A program made the translations under genes and the position numbers. A model generated the notes under the pieces. The model had not been told where the DNA came from. It was given only the letters and a program-made list of their open reading frames with translations, and did no database searches. From Betaproteobacteria bacterium HGW-Betaproteobacteria-18 (GTDB taxonomy: Bacteria; Pseudomonadota; Gammaproteobacteria; Burkholderiales; Burkholderiaceae_C), in contig PHCO01000001.1 of the NCBI GenBank assembly GCA_002842265.1, positions 1-59,701 of the forward strand: 59,701 nucleotides of DNA. The letters run 5' to 3'. Positions within the stretch are counted from its first letter, which is position 1. Each line of letters starts with the position of its first letter. Shown here in pieces: positions 42,104-52,258 of this stretch.

Positions 42104-42132
42104 ATGACATTACAGTGACACTTGCATGAAAG
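42104..42132 (-). promoter_or_regulatory. Three-unit Pho box for the ppk2 operon
   Basis: Minus strand CTTTCAT / GTGTCAC / ATGTCAT at 11-nt period, followed by TACGAT. Confidence 0.72.
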
Positions 42133-42168
42133 ATGCCTTGTTATCTTGCCCTTTCAAAAACGGTCGTT

Positions 42169-42197
42169 TTGTCACGGCTTTGACACATTGGTGTCGT
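42169..42197 (+). promoter_or_regulatory. Three-unit Pho box for pstS
   Basis: TTGTCAC / TTGACAC / GTGTCGT at 11-nt period upstream of pstS. Confidence 0.78.
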
Positions 42198-42260
42198 AAA
42201 TTACGCCCTGTCGAGCCAAATGTGGTTCAACAACTGATCCATTTAATTTAAGGATTCCCT

Positions 42261-43262
42261 ATGAACAAAAGTGTTTTTAAGTCTATTTTGGCCACCTCTG
42301 CACTTGCATTTTTGAGTGCTGTGCCCTTGGCCAGCATCGCACAAGTTGTCAAGGTTGACGGCTCCAGCACGGTGTTTCCAATCACTGAAGGTGTCGCTGA
42401 AGACTTCCAGAAAGCCAATAAAGGCTTGAAAGTGACTGTGGGTGTTTCTGGCACCGGCGGTGGTTTCAAGAAGTTTTGCCGCGGTGAAACCGATATTTCT
42501 GACGCTTCACGTCCCATTGCAGCCAAAGAGATGGCAGACTGTAAGACTGCCGGTGTTGACTATTACGAATTGCCTGTGGCATTTGATGCCTTGACCGTGG
42601 TGATCAACCCGAAGAACACCTGGCTCAAGCAAGCTACCGTGGCTGAGCTCAAAACCATGTGGGAACCTGCTGCCCAAGGTAAAGTTACTCGCTGGAACCA
42701 GGTCAACCCAACCTGGCCAGATTTACCCATGAAGCTTTTTGGTGCTGGCGCTGACTCTGGCACCTTTGACTACTTTACGGAAGCCATTGTGGGCAAATCC
42801 AAATCCAGCCGTGGCGACTTCACGGCCTCGGAAGATGACAATGTGCTGGTGCAGGGTGTCGCTGGTGACGTGAACGCGCTCGGTTTCTTTGGTTACGCTT
42901 ACTACGCCGAAAACACCAACAAGCTCAAGGCGCTGCCAATTGTCGAAAAGGAAGGTAAGCCTGCTGTGGCACCGAGCGCCAAGACGGTCTCTGATGGCTC
43001 TTACCAGCCTCTGGCACGCCCAATTTTCATTTATGTCAATGTCAAATCACTGGAAAAACCTGAAGTCAAGAAGTTTGTTGACTTCTACATGGCCCATGGC
43101 GGCAAGATGGCCAACGAAGTGAAATATGTGGCCTTGCCAGACAGCGTTTATGCAGCCAATATCAAGCACATGGCCACGGGCAAAAAAGGTACTGTGTTTG
43201 GTGGCAAAAACGAAGTGGGTATCAGTATTGAAGAATTGGTGAAACGCGAAGCCAAGAATTGA
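42261..43262 (+). CDS. pstS: Phosphate ABC transporter substrate-binding protein
   Basis: [39 protein letters not shown]. Confidence 0.96.
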   Translation: MNKSVFKSILATSALAFLSAVPLASIAQVVKVDGSSTVFPITEGVAEDFQKANKGLKVTVGVSGTGGGFKKFCRGETDISDASRPIAAKEMADCKTAGVDYYELPVAFDALTVVINPKNTWLKQATVAELKTMWEPAAQGKVTRWNQVNPTWPDLPMKLFGAGADSGTFDYFTEAIVGKSKSSRGDFTASEDDNVLVQGVAGDVNALGFFGYAYYAENTNKLKALPIVEKEGKPAVAPSAKTVSDGSYQPLARPIFIYVNVKSLEKPEVKKFVDFYMAHGGKMANEVKYVALPDSVYAANIKHMATGKKGTVFGGKNEVGISIEELVKREAKN

Positions 43263-43290
43263 ATCCGGGTTCTGACTAAAGCCAAGCAAT

Positions 43291-43323
43291 GCGGCTTGAA
43301 AACGTACTATGTTTTTGAGCCGC
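43291..43323 (+). terminator. Stem-loop between pstS and pstC (terminator or mRNA-stabilising hairpin)
   Basis: GCGGCTTGAAAAC...GTTTTTGAGCCGC followed by T-rich sequence. Confidence 0.6.
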
Positions 43324-43363
43324 CTTGTTTTTAGATCAAGTAAGGCATGGGCCTCTCCTTAAA

Positions 43364-44329
43364 ATGAACGCTTCAATCATGACAGAGCCACAGGCAATGG
43401 AAAAACGATTAACAGGTGCAGCGCGGCTTGCGCAACTGGCGCAGATCAAGGCTTCTCGCAAAAGGGTTGACCGCATCATCGAGTTCGTGTTGTTGTCTGC
43501 CGCCTGCGTTTCTGTGTTCACGACGCTGGGCATCATGTACGTGTTGATCAGCGAATCGGTGGTGTTTTTTAAACATGTGCCGTTATGGGATTTTTTGACG
43601 GATTCCCAATGGACACCATTGTTTGACGATGCGCACTTTGGTATTGCCGTGTTGTTGGCTGGCACACTGTCAAGCTCCCTGGTGGCACTGTTGATTGCAA
43701 TTCCGGTGGGCACCATCATTGCCATTTATTTATCGGAATTTGCCGAACATCGCATCCGTGAGGTGTTGAAACCGGTGCTGGAACTGCTCTCGGGGATACC
43801 AACCATCATTTACGGCTTTTTTGCATTGCTGTTTGTGACCCCGCTGATCCAAAAGATTTACCCGGATTTGCCGACCTTCAATGTGCTGTCGGCGGGCATT
43901 GTGATGGGCATCATGATCATTCCTTATGTGTCGTCCTTGTCTGAGGACGCCATGCGTGCCGTGCCCATGAGCCTGCGCGAAGGCTCTTACGCCATGGGGG
44001 CAACGCGCTTCCAGACGGCCATGCGCGTGATTGTGCCGGCATCCATTTCAGGCATTGCCTCGGCCTATATCCTGGGTGTGTCGCGGGCCGTGGGTGAGAC
44101 CATGATTCTGGCGGTAGCCGCCGGCATGCAGCCGAATTTGACACTCAACCCGCTGGAGCCTGCTGCGACAGTGACTTCGTTCATCGTTCAGGTGGCGTTG
44201 GGTGATTTGCCGCATGGCAGCATTGGCTACCAGACGATTTTTGCGGCGGGTTTGACGTTGTTGTTGATCACGCTTTTGTTCAATCTTTTGGGGCACTGGA
44301 TGCGCCGCAGATTCCGGGAGGCTTATTAA
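43364..44329 (+). CDS. pstC: Phosphate ABC transporter permease PstC (start uncertain)
   Basis: AIYLSEFA, ELL.GIPTIIYG, SEDAMRAVP..LRE, SRAVGETM. Confidence 0.95.
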   Translation: MNASIMTEPQAMEKRLTGAARLAQLAQIKASRKRVDRIIEFVLLSAACVSVFTTLGIMYVLISESVVFFKHVPLWDFLTDSQWTPLFDDAHFGIAVLLAGTLSSSLVALLIAIPVGTIIAIYLSEFAEHRIREVLKPVLELLSGIPTIIYGFFALLFVTPLIQKIYPDLPTFNVLSAGIVMGIMIIPYVSSLSEDAMRAVPMSLREGSYAMGATRFQTAMRVIVPASISGIASAYILGVSRAVGETMILAVAAGMQPNLTLNPLEPAATVTSFIVQVALGDLPHGSIGYQTIFAAGLTLLLITLLFNLLGHWMRRRFREAY

Positions 44330-45258
44330 TGGGTACGCAATTGTCTCGCTCAGAAGAGCTGCGAGCCATCATCAAGTCGCACAAGCGCTGGGACTTGATC
44401 TTTGCTGTGGTGGGTATTTTGGCGATTGCGCTGGCCATATTGACTTTGGTCGCGCTGTTCAGCCAGATGGCGATTGATGGTGCGCCGCGCATCACTGCCG
44501 AGTTCTTCACCAACTTCCCGTCGCGTCGTGCCGGTCAGGCCGGCATTTTGTCAGCGTGGGTGGGCTCGTTTTTGGTCATGCTGGTGACGGCTTTGTTTGC
44601 TATTCCCATAGGCATTGCCAGCGCCATTTATCTGGAGGAATACGCCCGCAAGAACTTGTTTACCGATGTGATAGAAATCAACATCAGCAACCTGGCGGGT
44701 GTGCCATCGATCGTGTATGGTTTGCTGGCGCTGGGTTTGTTTGTCTATACCTTCGGCTTTGGGCAAAGCATTCTGTCGGCCGGTTTGACGCTGGCGCTGT
44801 TGATCTTGCCGATTGTGATCGTCACCACCCGCGAGGCCTTGCGCTCGATCCCGCAAGTGGTGCGTGAAGGGGCTTACGCCTGTGGTGCCACCAAGTGGCA
44901 GGTGGTCAGTGACCATTTGGTGCCGTACAGCATGCCCGGCATTCTGACCGGTGTGATCATTGGTTTGTCGCGCGCCATTGGTGAAACGGCACCCATCATC
45001 ACCATTGGTGCGCTGACCTTTATTGCCTTTTTGCCCCCCGTGCCATTCACGGGTGAGCCGGTGGCTGGCATGTTCGACTGGCTTTTTTCACCGTTCACCG
45101 TCATGCCGATCCAGATTTTTAACTGGACGTCCCGGCCCGATCCAGCCTTCCATGCCAATGCGGCGGCTGCCAGTCTGGTGCTGGTGGTGCTGACCCTGGG
45201 CATGAATGCGTTGGCCATCTGGCTGCGCTATCGGCTGCGCAAAAACATCAAGTGGTAA
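44329..45258 (+). CDS. pstA: Phosphate ABC transporter permease PstA
   Basis: AIYLEEYA, NLAGVPSIVYG, SRAIGETAP. Confidence 0.95.
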   Translation: MGTQLSRSEELRAIIKSHKRWDLIFAVVGILAIALAILTLVALFSQMAIDGAPRITAEFFTNFPSRRAGQAGILSAWVGSFLVMLVTALFAIPIGIASAIYLEEYARKNLFTDVIEINISNLAGVPSIVYGLLALGLFVYTFGFGQSILSAGLTLALLILPIVIVTTREALRSIPQVVREGAYACGATKWQVVSDHLVPYSMPGILTGVIIGLSRAIGETAPIITIGALTFIAFLPPVPFTGEPVAGMFDWLFSPFTVMPIQIFNWTSRPDPAFHANAAAASLVLVVLTLGMNALAIWLRYRLRKNIKW

Positions 45259-45281
45259 ATCCTTCAAAGAGCAAATAACTT

Positions 45282-46076
45282 ATGTCTTCCACCATTACGC
45301 TTCCTGATCGACCGCCTGTTTTGAAAGCCGAATCAAAGAATCTGGATTTTTATTACAGCGATTTCAAGGCGCTCAAAGGCGTTTCCATGCCGGTTTATGA
45401 AAACCGTGTGACCGCCTTGATTGGCCCCAGCGGTTGTGGCAAGTCCACTTATTTGCGCTGCTTCAACCGCATGCACGACCTGTATCCCGGGCATCGCTAC
45501 GATGGCAAAATTGAGTTACATCCTGATGATGTGGACATTCTGGATGCCTCTGTTGACCCCATAGAAGTGCGTATGCGCATTTCCATGGTGTTCCAGAAAC
45601 CCAACCCATTTCCAAAATCCATTTTCGAGAATGTGGCTTATGGCCTGCGGGTGCGCGGTGAAAAGTCCACCACCTATATTGAAGACAAAGTTGAGGCGGC
45701 ACTCAAAGCCGCTGCCATCTGGAATGAGGTAAAAGACCGTATGACTGAGCCCGCCACCAATTTGTCGGGTGGTCAGCAGCAACGCCTGTGCATTGCCCGG
45801 TCACTGGCCACCGACCCTGAAATCATCCTGTTTGATGAACCCACCTCTGCGCTGGATCCGATCGCAACGGGCAGCATCGAAGAACTCATCAGTGAAATCA
45901 AAAGCAAGGTGACGATTCTGATTGTCACCCACAACATGCAGCAAGCGGCCCGTGTGTCCGATTTTGTGGCGTACATGTATTTGGGCGAGATGGTGGAATA
46001 TGGTCAAACCAGTGACATTTTCATGAAGCCCAAGCGTCAGGAAACTGAAGACTACATTACCGGCCGTTTCGGTTAA
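45282..46076 (+). CDS. pstB: Phosphate ABC transporter ATP-binding protein
   Basis: [51 protein letters not shown]. Confidence 0.97.
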   Translation: MSSTITLPDRPPVLKAESKNLDFYYSDFKALKGVSMPVYENRVTALIGPSGCGKSTYLRCFNRMHDLYPGHRYDGKIELHPDDVDILDASVDPIEVRMRISMVFQKPNPFPKSIFENVAYGLRVRGEKSTTYIEDKVEAALKAAAIWNEVKDRMTEPATNLSGGQQQRLCIARSLATDPEIILFDEPTSALDPIATGSIEELISEIKSKVTILIVTHNMQQAARVSDFVAYMYLGEMVEYGQTSDIFMKPKRQETEDYITGRFG

Positions 46077-46092
46077 ACAACAAGGATCTGAC

Positions 46093-46794
46093 ATGAGTGA
46101 AAAACATTTATCGTCCCAGTTTGACAGCGAGCTTGGGGCTGTCTCTACCCGTGTCATGGAGATGGGCGGCCTGGTCGAGTCGCAGATTCACCAAGCCATT
46201 TATGCCCTGTCGCAATTCAGTGTCGAAGTGGCCAATGAGGTCACAGCGGCTGAAAGCAGGGTCAATACCATGGAAATTGACATTGACCGGGAGCTTTCCA
46301 GCATCATCGCCCGGCGCCAGCCGACGGCACGCGACTTGCGCTTGTTGATTGCGATTTCCAAAGCCACCGCCAACCTGGAGCGGGTGGGGGATGAAGCCGC
46401 AAAAATTGCCCGCATGGTGCGCTCCATCATTCAAAGCGGCGCGCCGCGTTCGCTGCCATCGCTGGAATTGCGCGTGGCCTCTGACATGGCCTCTGCCTTG
46501 TTGCGCAAAGCGCTGGATGCCTTTGCCCGGCTCGACACCACGGCGGCACTGGCGATCCTCAAGGAAGACGACCTGATCGACAAGGAATTTGACGGCTTTG
46601 TGCGCAAACTCATCACCTACATGATGGAAGACCCGCGCATGATTTCGCCCAGCCTGGACTTGCTGTTTTTGGCCAAAGCCATCGAGCGCATTGGCGACCA
46701 TGCCAAGAACATTGCCGAATTGATCATCTACATCGTCAAAGGGGCCGATGTGCGTCATTCACCCATGGAGAAAATTGAATCGGTGGTGAAATGA
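46093..46794 (+). CDS. phoU: Phosphate signalling complex protein PhoU
   Basis: IARRQPTARDLR, LERVGDEA, IERIGDHAKNIAE. Confidence 0.97.
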   Translation: MSEKHLSSQFDSELGAVSTRVMEMGGLVESQIHQAIYALSQFSVEVANEVTAAESRVNTMEIDIDRELSSIIARRQPTARDLRLLIAISKATANLERVGDEAAKIARMVRSIIQSGAPRSLPSLELRVASDMASALLRKALDAFARLDTTAALAILKEDDLIDKEFDGFVRKLITYMMEDPRMISPSLDLLFLAKAIERIGDHAKNIAELIIYIVKGADVRHSPMEKIESVVK

Positions 46795-47498
46795 GACGTT
46801 TGCCTGGTGTGCTGATTGTTGAGGATGAACCTGCCATAGCCGAACTGATTTCGGTCAACCTGCGCCACAGTGGTTTTCGACCAGTCTGGGCCATGGACAG
46901 TATCACCGCGCAAGCGGAGTTGGAGGCTGTTTTGCCCGATGTCATTTTGCTGGACTGGATGCTGCCCGGTGAAAGTGGCTTGACATTGGCCAAGCGCTGG
47001 CGTGCGCACCCACGTACCAAGACTGTGCCGATCATCATGCTCACCGCCCGTGGCGACGAGGTGGATCGGGTGGCCGGTCTGGATGCCGGGGCCGACGATT
47101 ACATTGCCAAACCGTTTTCCACCAAAGAACTGCTGGCACGCATTCGTGCGGTGCTCAGGCGGCGCGCCCCTGAGCAGGATGCGGGATTGGTAACGGTTGG
47201 TGATTTGAGTCTTGATGCGTCCACTTACCGCGTCACATTCCAGGGGCAGTTGTTGAAACTGGGGCCCACTGAATTCAAGCTGTTGCACTACCTGATGACG
47301 CATGCCGAGCGGGTGCATAGCCGCTCGCAATTGCTGGACAAGGTCTGGGGTGACCACGTTTTTATCGAAGAACGGACGGTGGATGTGCATGTCAAACGCC
47401 TGCGTGAAGCGCTGGGCGATGGCGGGCAAATGATTGATACCGTGCGCGGTGCTGGTTATCGCCTCTCCGCGCAAACCGTGCCGGCGAAGCAGGCATAA
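46791..47498 (+). CDS. phoB: Phosphate regulon response regulator PhoB
   Basis: VEDE, LDWMLPG, GADDY..KPFS, LGPTEFKLL, EERTVDVH..RLR, TVRGAGY. Confidence 0.97.
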   Translation: MRRLPGVLIVEDEPAIAELISVNLRHSGFRPVWAMDSITAQAELEAVLPDVILLDWMLPGESGLTLAKRWRAHPRTKTVPIIMLTARGDEVDRVAGLDAGADDYIAKPFSTKELLARIRAVLRRRAPEQDAGLVTVGDLSLDASTYRVTFQGQLLKLGPTEFKLLHYLMTHAERVHSRSQLLDKVWGDHVFIEERTVDVHVKRLREALGDGGQMIDTVRGAGYRLSAQTVPAKQA

Positions 47499-47511
47499 AT
47501 CAGGCGCGCGC

Positions 47512-48903
47512 ATGCTGGGCCGATTCACTCTTTTCTTGGGCTACCTGTCGCTAGGCGGCTTGCTGGGTGCTTGGGTTGATTCGGTTTGGCCCCAAGCCCA
47601 TGCCATGGCTGTCGGGCTGGTGATTGCGGCCTCGTCATGGATACTGTTGGATAGCTTGCGTGCCGGGCAATTGTTACGCTGGTTGCGCCTGGGTCTTTCT
47701 TCTGAGGGGGGTCCAAAAACTGGCGTTTGGGGTGACATCACGGCCCGTGTACGCCGTTTGTTACGCGACCGCGAGCGCCAGACGATAGATAGTCAGTCGC
47801 GTTTACAGGACTTTTTATCAGCTTTGCAGGCGTCTCCCAACGGCGTGATGTTGCTTGATGGTGAGGCGCGCATTGAGTGGTGCAACCAGACCTCCGCCAT
47901 GCATTTTGGTCTGGATATTCAGCGTGACCTGATGCAGACCATTGGCAATCTGGTGCGTGATCCCGGGTTTGCCAGTTACCTGGCCAGTGATGAGTTCGGT
48001 AGCAGTCTGACCATGCCTGGGCGTGACAGTACGCCCTCAAGGCCAGTCACTTTGTCTGTGCAACTCCATCCTTATGGCCAGAATCGCAAACTGCTTTTGT
48101 CGCGCGACATCACGGCGCTGGAGCAGGCCGAGGCGATGCGGCGCGATTTTGTGGCTAATGTGTCACATGAAATTCGCACGCCCCTGACGGTATTGGCTGG
48201 ATTTGTGGAAACCCTGCAAACGCTGAATTTGCAGGAATCCGAGCGTCAGCAGTATCTTGCGCTGATGGCACAGCAGGCGGACCGGATGCAGACTTTGGTG
48301 AGTGATTTACTCACACTTTCAAGACTTGAGGGCAGTGCCCCGCCGGGCCTGGATGCGCATGTCGCTGTGCCGTCGTTGATGCGCCAGCTTGAAGCTGATG
48401 CCTTGGCACTTTCGCAGGTCATGGGATCGGTGGGTGACACGGATCACCAGTTCGTGTTCGAGTGCGGATTTGACGGCTATCTGGCAGGTGCGGCCAGTGA
48501 GCTTCTCAGCGCCATGGGTAATTTGATCAGCAATGCGGTACGTTATACGCCGTCAGATGGGCGCATCAACGTGAGCGTTCGGCAACGCTCGGATGGCTGT
48601 CTGGTTTTTTCGGTCTCTGATACTGGGCCTGGCATTGCCGCCGAGCACCTGGGCCGCTTGACCGAGCGTTTTTACCGCGTGGATCGGAGCCGCTCACGTG
48701 AAACGGGTGGTACCGGCTTGGGCCTGGCCATTGTCAAACATGTGTCCCAACGCCACGGGGCCACGCTGACGATTGAGAGCATTGTCGGCCAGGGCTCGGT
48801 GTTTACTCTGACTTTTCCGGCGTCAAGGGTGGTGCAGGTAAAGGCTGCGGCTGACGCTCAAATAGGCCCAGAGACTCTTTTCGCTCGGCCGGATGGCCCA
48901 TAG
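47512..48903 (+). CDS. phoR: Phosphate regulon sensor kinase PhoR
   Basis: PAS region, RRDFVANVSHEIRTPLT, NL.SNAVRYT, DTGPGI, ERFYRVDRSRSRETGGTGLGL. Confidence 0.96.
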   Translation: MLGRFTLFLGYLSLGGLLGAWVDSVWPQAHAMAVGLVIAASSWILLDSLRAGQLLRWLRLGLSSEGGPKTGVWGDITARVRRLLRDRERQTIDSQSRLQDFLSALQASPNGVMLLDGEARIEWCNQTSAMHFGLDIQRDLMQTIGNLVRDPGFASYLASDEFGSSLTMPGRDSTPSRPVTLSVQLHPYGQNRKLLLSRDITALEQAEAMRRDFVANVSHEIRTPLTVLAGFVETLQTLNLQESERQQYLALMAQQADRMQTLVSDLLTLSRLEGSAPPGLDAHVAVPSLMRQLEADALALSQVMGSVGDTDHQFVFECGFDGYLAGAASELLSAMGNLISNAVRYTPSDGRINVSVRQRSDGCLVFSVSDTGPGIAAEHLGRLTERFYRVDRSRSRETGGTGLGLAIVKHVSQRHGATLTIESIVGQGSVFTLTFPASRVVQVKAAADAQIGPETLFARPDGP

Positions 48904-50548
48904 TGCGGCGCAATTGCCAACTTGGGTTTTGCGTGATGTCGGGGCGCTGATCCACGGTGCGAAGATCTGCGATCAACCAGGCGCACGGGCTGTTGGCATG
49001 CAATGCATGGAGTTCAAGTCCACCGTGAAACTGAAAGGCTGCGAACTGGCTTCGGTTCAGACCCAAAGTGGCCACGCAACCAGGTTTCTGCGGCATGCTG
49101 GAAGTGGCTTGGCGCACCAGTGGTGCGTAGCTTCTGGCAAAGTCGAGCAACGGCAGCCATAAGGTCATCAGCAGCAGCCAGCACAGGGCCGCACCACCCG
49201 CAGGCAGCACCACGCTTTTCCAGATGGCAGCCTGGTGCCGGCCAACGCGCCATTTGACCAGCCAGGCCCACACCAGGCTGGCGCAAACCGCAATCAAAAA
49301 TGGTGCGAATGAAAAGCTGTGAACAAAGCCTGGCGCCAGGCGCGCCACGTTGGCAGCCGGTTGTGCCGGGAAACCGGTTTGCATGGAAATCCATACTACC
49401 CAGATCACCAATGCGCAGCCAGTGAAAAAAATAAGGGTAAACCAGTCAATCAGCGCAGCCACGCTGCGACTCAGCGTGGGCAAGGCAAAGGCTGCCAATG
49501 CGGCCAAGGCGGGCAAGGCCAGCAGCAGGGATCGATCGGCAGCGCTGGTGGTCAAGGTCGCCGCGCTGGCCACTGCGACAAAGCAGATCGGCAACCAGAG
49601 GTGCAGCCCGGAGAAGCGTGCGCTGACAAGTTGCCGGCGCCAGCGCCACAGCGTCCAGATGGCCAGTGGCCAGGCAGGCCAGGTAAACCACAAAAAAAGC
49701 TGTCCCAGGCTTTGCCATTCAGCCAGGTCGGCCTGGGGTAACTCAATACGCCAGCGCCACAAATTTAAAACAGTAGCCAACAGAGCAGACGCTAGTGTCA
49801 GCGCTACCAAGCCATTGGCCCTGATTTTTTTCTGTGACGCATTTGTCGTGCCTGCGGTTGGTGCGAGCAGGTAGAGAGTGGCACCGCCCAGTCCCAAAGC
49901 CAAGGCCATGGAGGGTGCACCAGACAGTGTGAGTCCAAACAACGCTACACCGGCGCTCAGTCCCGCAGCCCAGGGACGGTAGGGCAGGGCCGCCGTGGCG
50001 TAAAACAGCAGGGCGGTAAAGCACAACTGCGTCAGTGCGGGTGTCGTTTCATGGGCCAGTTGTGCCAACCCCAGGCAGGCAATGAAGGCCAGCAAAGCGC
50101 CGTCGGCGATGGCGCGTGCGTAGTCCGTGGGATGCGCTTCGCCGCCAAAGGCAAAGGCGACCGGCTGTGCCTTCGGGTTGCGGGCCAGATAGTAAGTGCC
50201 ATACCAGGTGGCCATCAGCGCCAGCACCAACAACAGCATGAAGGGCACGCGCGCGGCCAGATCAGAGGGCAACCAGTGGGGTGCCACCTGAATGGCCCAG
50301 GCGCCCAACCAGTAGGGCAGTAAGGCATCGACTTCAGGACTTACCCCCCCCAATGTTGGACGCCACCAGTCGGTCGCGCCGCGTGCCAGCTCAGCCATGT
50401 AGCCAAACGTGCTGATGTCGTCATACTTCCATGGAACGCGTCCCAGAAAACCGGGTAACACATAAGCTAGGCAAAACAGCAGCAGCGCCAGGCGCGGCAA
50501 GCGCTTGACGGCACCTTGAGCGACGATGGCGGGGGTGGGCTGATTCAC
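48803..50548 (-). CDS. Polytopic membrane protein, ArnT/GT39-like glycosyltransferase
   Basis: Many TM segments, R.PWK.DD acidic loop, HETTP, WFTWPAWP; lies downstream of rpmE2. Confidence 0.7.
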   Translation of the reverse strand: MNQPTPAIVAQGAVKRLPRLALLLFCLAYVLPGFLGRVPWKYDDISTFGYMAELARGATDWWRPTLGGVSPEVDALLPYWLGAWAIQVAPHWLPSDLAARVPFMLLLVLALMATWYGTYYLARNPKAQPVAFAFGGEAHPTDYARAIADGALLAFIACLGLAQLAHETTPALTQLCFTALLFYATAALPYRPWAAGLSAGVALFGLTLSGAPSMALALGLGGATLYLLAPTAGTTNASQKKIRANGLVALTLASALLATVLNLWRWRIELPQADLAEWQSLGQLFLWFTWPAWPLAIWTLWRWRRQLVSARFSGLHLWLPICFVAVASAATLTTSAADRSLLLALPALAALAAFALPTLSRSVAALIDWFTLIFFTGCALVIWVVWISMQTGFPAQPAANVARLAPGFVHSFSFAPFLIAVCASLVWAWLVKWRVGRHQAAIWKSVVLPAGGAALCWLLLMTLWLPLLDFARSYAPLVRQATSSMPQKPGCVATLGLNRSQFAAFQFHGGLELHALHANSPCAWLIADLRTVDQRPDITQNPSWQLRRTMGHPAERKESLGLFERQPQPLPAPPLTPEKSE

Positions 50549-50581
50549 AGCGTGCGCTGGTTAAAGAGGTTTGATCAGTGC

Positions 50582-50618
50582 AAAGAAAAAGGCAGCACGG
50601 CGTGACCCGGCTGCCTTT
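50582..50618 (-). terminator. Intrinsic terminator after rpmE2
   Basis: AAAGGCAGC...GCTGCCTTT hairpin with a T-run on the minus strand. Confidence 0.75.
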
Positions 50619-50638
50619 GGCAAAGCGTTTTTGATAGC

Positions 50639-50896
50639 TTACTTGGCAGCAGTTTTGCCGAAACGGTTACGGAAGCGTTCCACACGACCACCCATGTTGT
50701 CCACCGACTTTTGTGTGCCTGTGTAGAAGGGGTGCGATTCGCTGGAGGTATCAAGCTTGAAGAGTGGCAGTTCGCGGCCATCTTCCATTTTGATCATCTC
50801 TTTGGCATTGGCGCAAGAGCGGGTGACAAATTTGAAACCGTTGGACGAGTCCAGGAAACAAACGTCGCGGTAGTTGGGGTGAATGCCTTCTTTCAT
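50639..50896 (-). CDS. rpmE2: 50S ribosomal protein L31 type B
   Basis: MKEGIHPNYR.V.F.D, DTSSESHPFYTG, GRVERF; lacks the Zn-binding cysteine set. Confidence 0.95.
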   Translation of the reverse strand: MKEGIHPNYRDVCFLDSSNGFKFVTRSCANAKEMIKMEDGRELPLFKLDTSSESHPFYTGTQKSVDNMGGRVERFRNRFGKTAAK

Positions 50897-50995
50897 GATT
50901 TCTCCATCAGATGCGTTAGCCGCGTCAGCCCTTGCACAACCCATTGCGCAATTCAAAGCTGCTCGTACTTTTCGCTAAAAACCAGCGATTATAGA

Positions 50996-52258
50996 TCAGC
51001 CACCTCGACGCATCATGTCGAAGAACTCGCTGTTGTTTTTGGTGGCGCGCATTTGTTTGAGCACCATCTCCATGGATTCGATTTCATCCATGTTGTACAA
51101 AAACTGGCGCAGGATACGCGTTTTTTGCAAAATGTCGGGCGCCAGCAGCAACTCTTCACGGCGTGTGCCGCTGCGGTTGAGCTGGATCGACGGGAACACG
51201 CGTTTTTCATACAAGCGGCGGTCCAGGTGAATTTCCGAGTTGCCGGTACCTTTGAATTCTTCAAAAATAACTTCGTCCATGCGGCTGCCGGTGTCAACCA
51301 GTGCGGTTGCGATGATGGTCAGGGAGCCACCTTCTTCCACATTGCGAGCTGCACCGAGGAACCGTTTGGGACGTTGCAGGGCGTTGGAATCGACACCGCC
51401 GGTCAACACTTTGCCGGAAGATGGCACCACGTTGTTGTAGGCGCGGGCCAGACGGGTGATGGAGTCGAGCAAAATCACCACGTCTTTTTTCAGCTCGACC
51501 AGGCGTTTGGCCCGCTCGATCACCATTTCAGCCACATGCACATGGCGCGCAGCGGGTTCGTCAAACGTGGACGCAATCACCTCACCCTTGACCGTGCGCT
51601 GCATCTCGGTCACTTCTTCCGGGCGCTCGTCAATCAACAGCACCATCAGGTAACTGTCGGGGTAGTTGGCGGAAATAGCGTGTGCAATGTGCTGCATCAT
51701 CACCGTCTTGCCGCTTTTCGGCTGCGCCACGATCAGGGCGCGCTGGCCTTTGCCGATGGGGGCAATGATGTCAATGATGCGCCCGGTGATGTTTTCTTCG
51801 CCCTTGATGTCGCGCTCCAGCCGCATCTGCACGTTGGGAAACAGCGGGGTCAGATTCTCAAACATCACCTTGTGTTTGTTTTCTTCGGGGCCACCACCGT
51901 TGACTTTCTCAAGCTTGTTCAAGGCAAAGTAGCGCTCACCATCCTTTGGCGTGCGTACCTCGCCTTCAATCATGTCGCCGGTGTGCAGGTTAAAGCGGCG
52001 CACCTGGCTGGGGCTGATGTAGATATCGTCTGTGCTGGCGGTGTAGCTGGTGTCGGGGCTGCGCAAAAAGCCAAAACCGTCGGGCAGAATCTCAAGCACA
52101 CCATCGGCAAAAATCTGCTCGCCGGCGCGCGCACGTTTTTTGATGATGGCAAACATCAATTCCTGCTTGCGCATGCGACCCGTGTTTTCAATCTCAAGAT
52201 CTTCGGCTTGCTTGAGGACTTCTGACACGTGCAGTGCCTTGAGTTCATTTAAATGCAT
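50996..52258 (-). CDS. rho: Transcription termination factor Rho
   Basis: [60 protein letters not shown]. Confidence 0.99.
   Translation of the reverse strand: MHLNELKALHVSEVLKQAEDLEIENTGRMRKQELMFAIIKKRARAGEQIFADGVLEILPDGFGFLRSPDTSYTASTDDIYISPSQVRRFNLHTGDMIEGEVRTPKDGERYFALNKLEKVNGGGPEENKHKVMFENLTPLFPNVQMRLERDIKGEENITGRIIDIIAPIGKGQRALIVAQPKSGKTVMMQHIAHAISANYPDSYLMVLLIDERPEEVTEMQRTVKGEVIASTFDEPAARHVHVAEMVIERAKRLVELKKDVVILLDSITRLARAYNNVVPSSGKVLTGGVDSNALQRPKRFLGAARNVEEGGSLTIIATALVDTGSRMDEVIFEEFKGTGNSEIHLDRRLYEKRVFPSIQLNRSGTRREELLLAPDILQKTRILRQFLYNMDEIESMEMVLKQMRATKNNSEFFDMMRRGG

Noticed and set aside
50711-52225. 504-aa plus-strand ORF
   Set aside because: Antisense shadow of rho with no recognisable motifs; long shadow ORFs are expected in GC-rich coding DNA.
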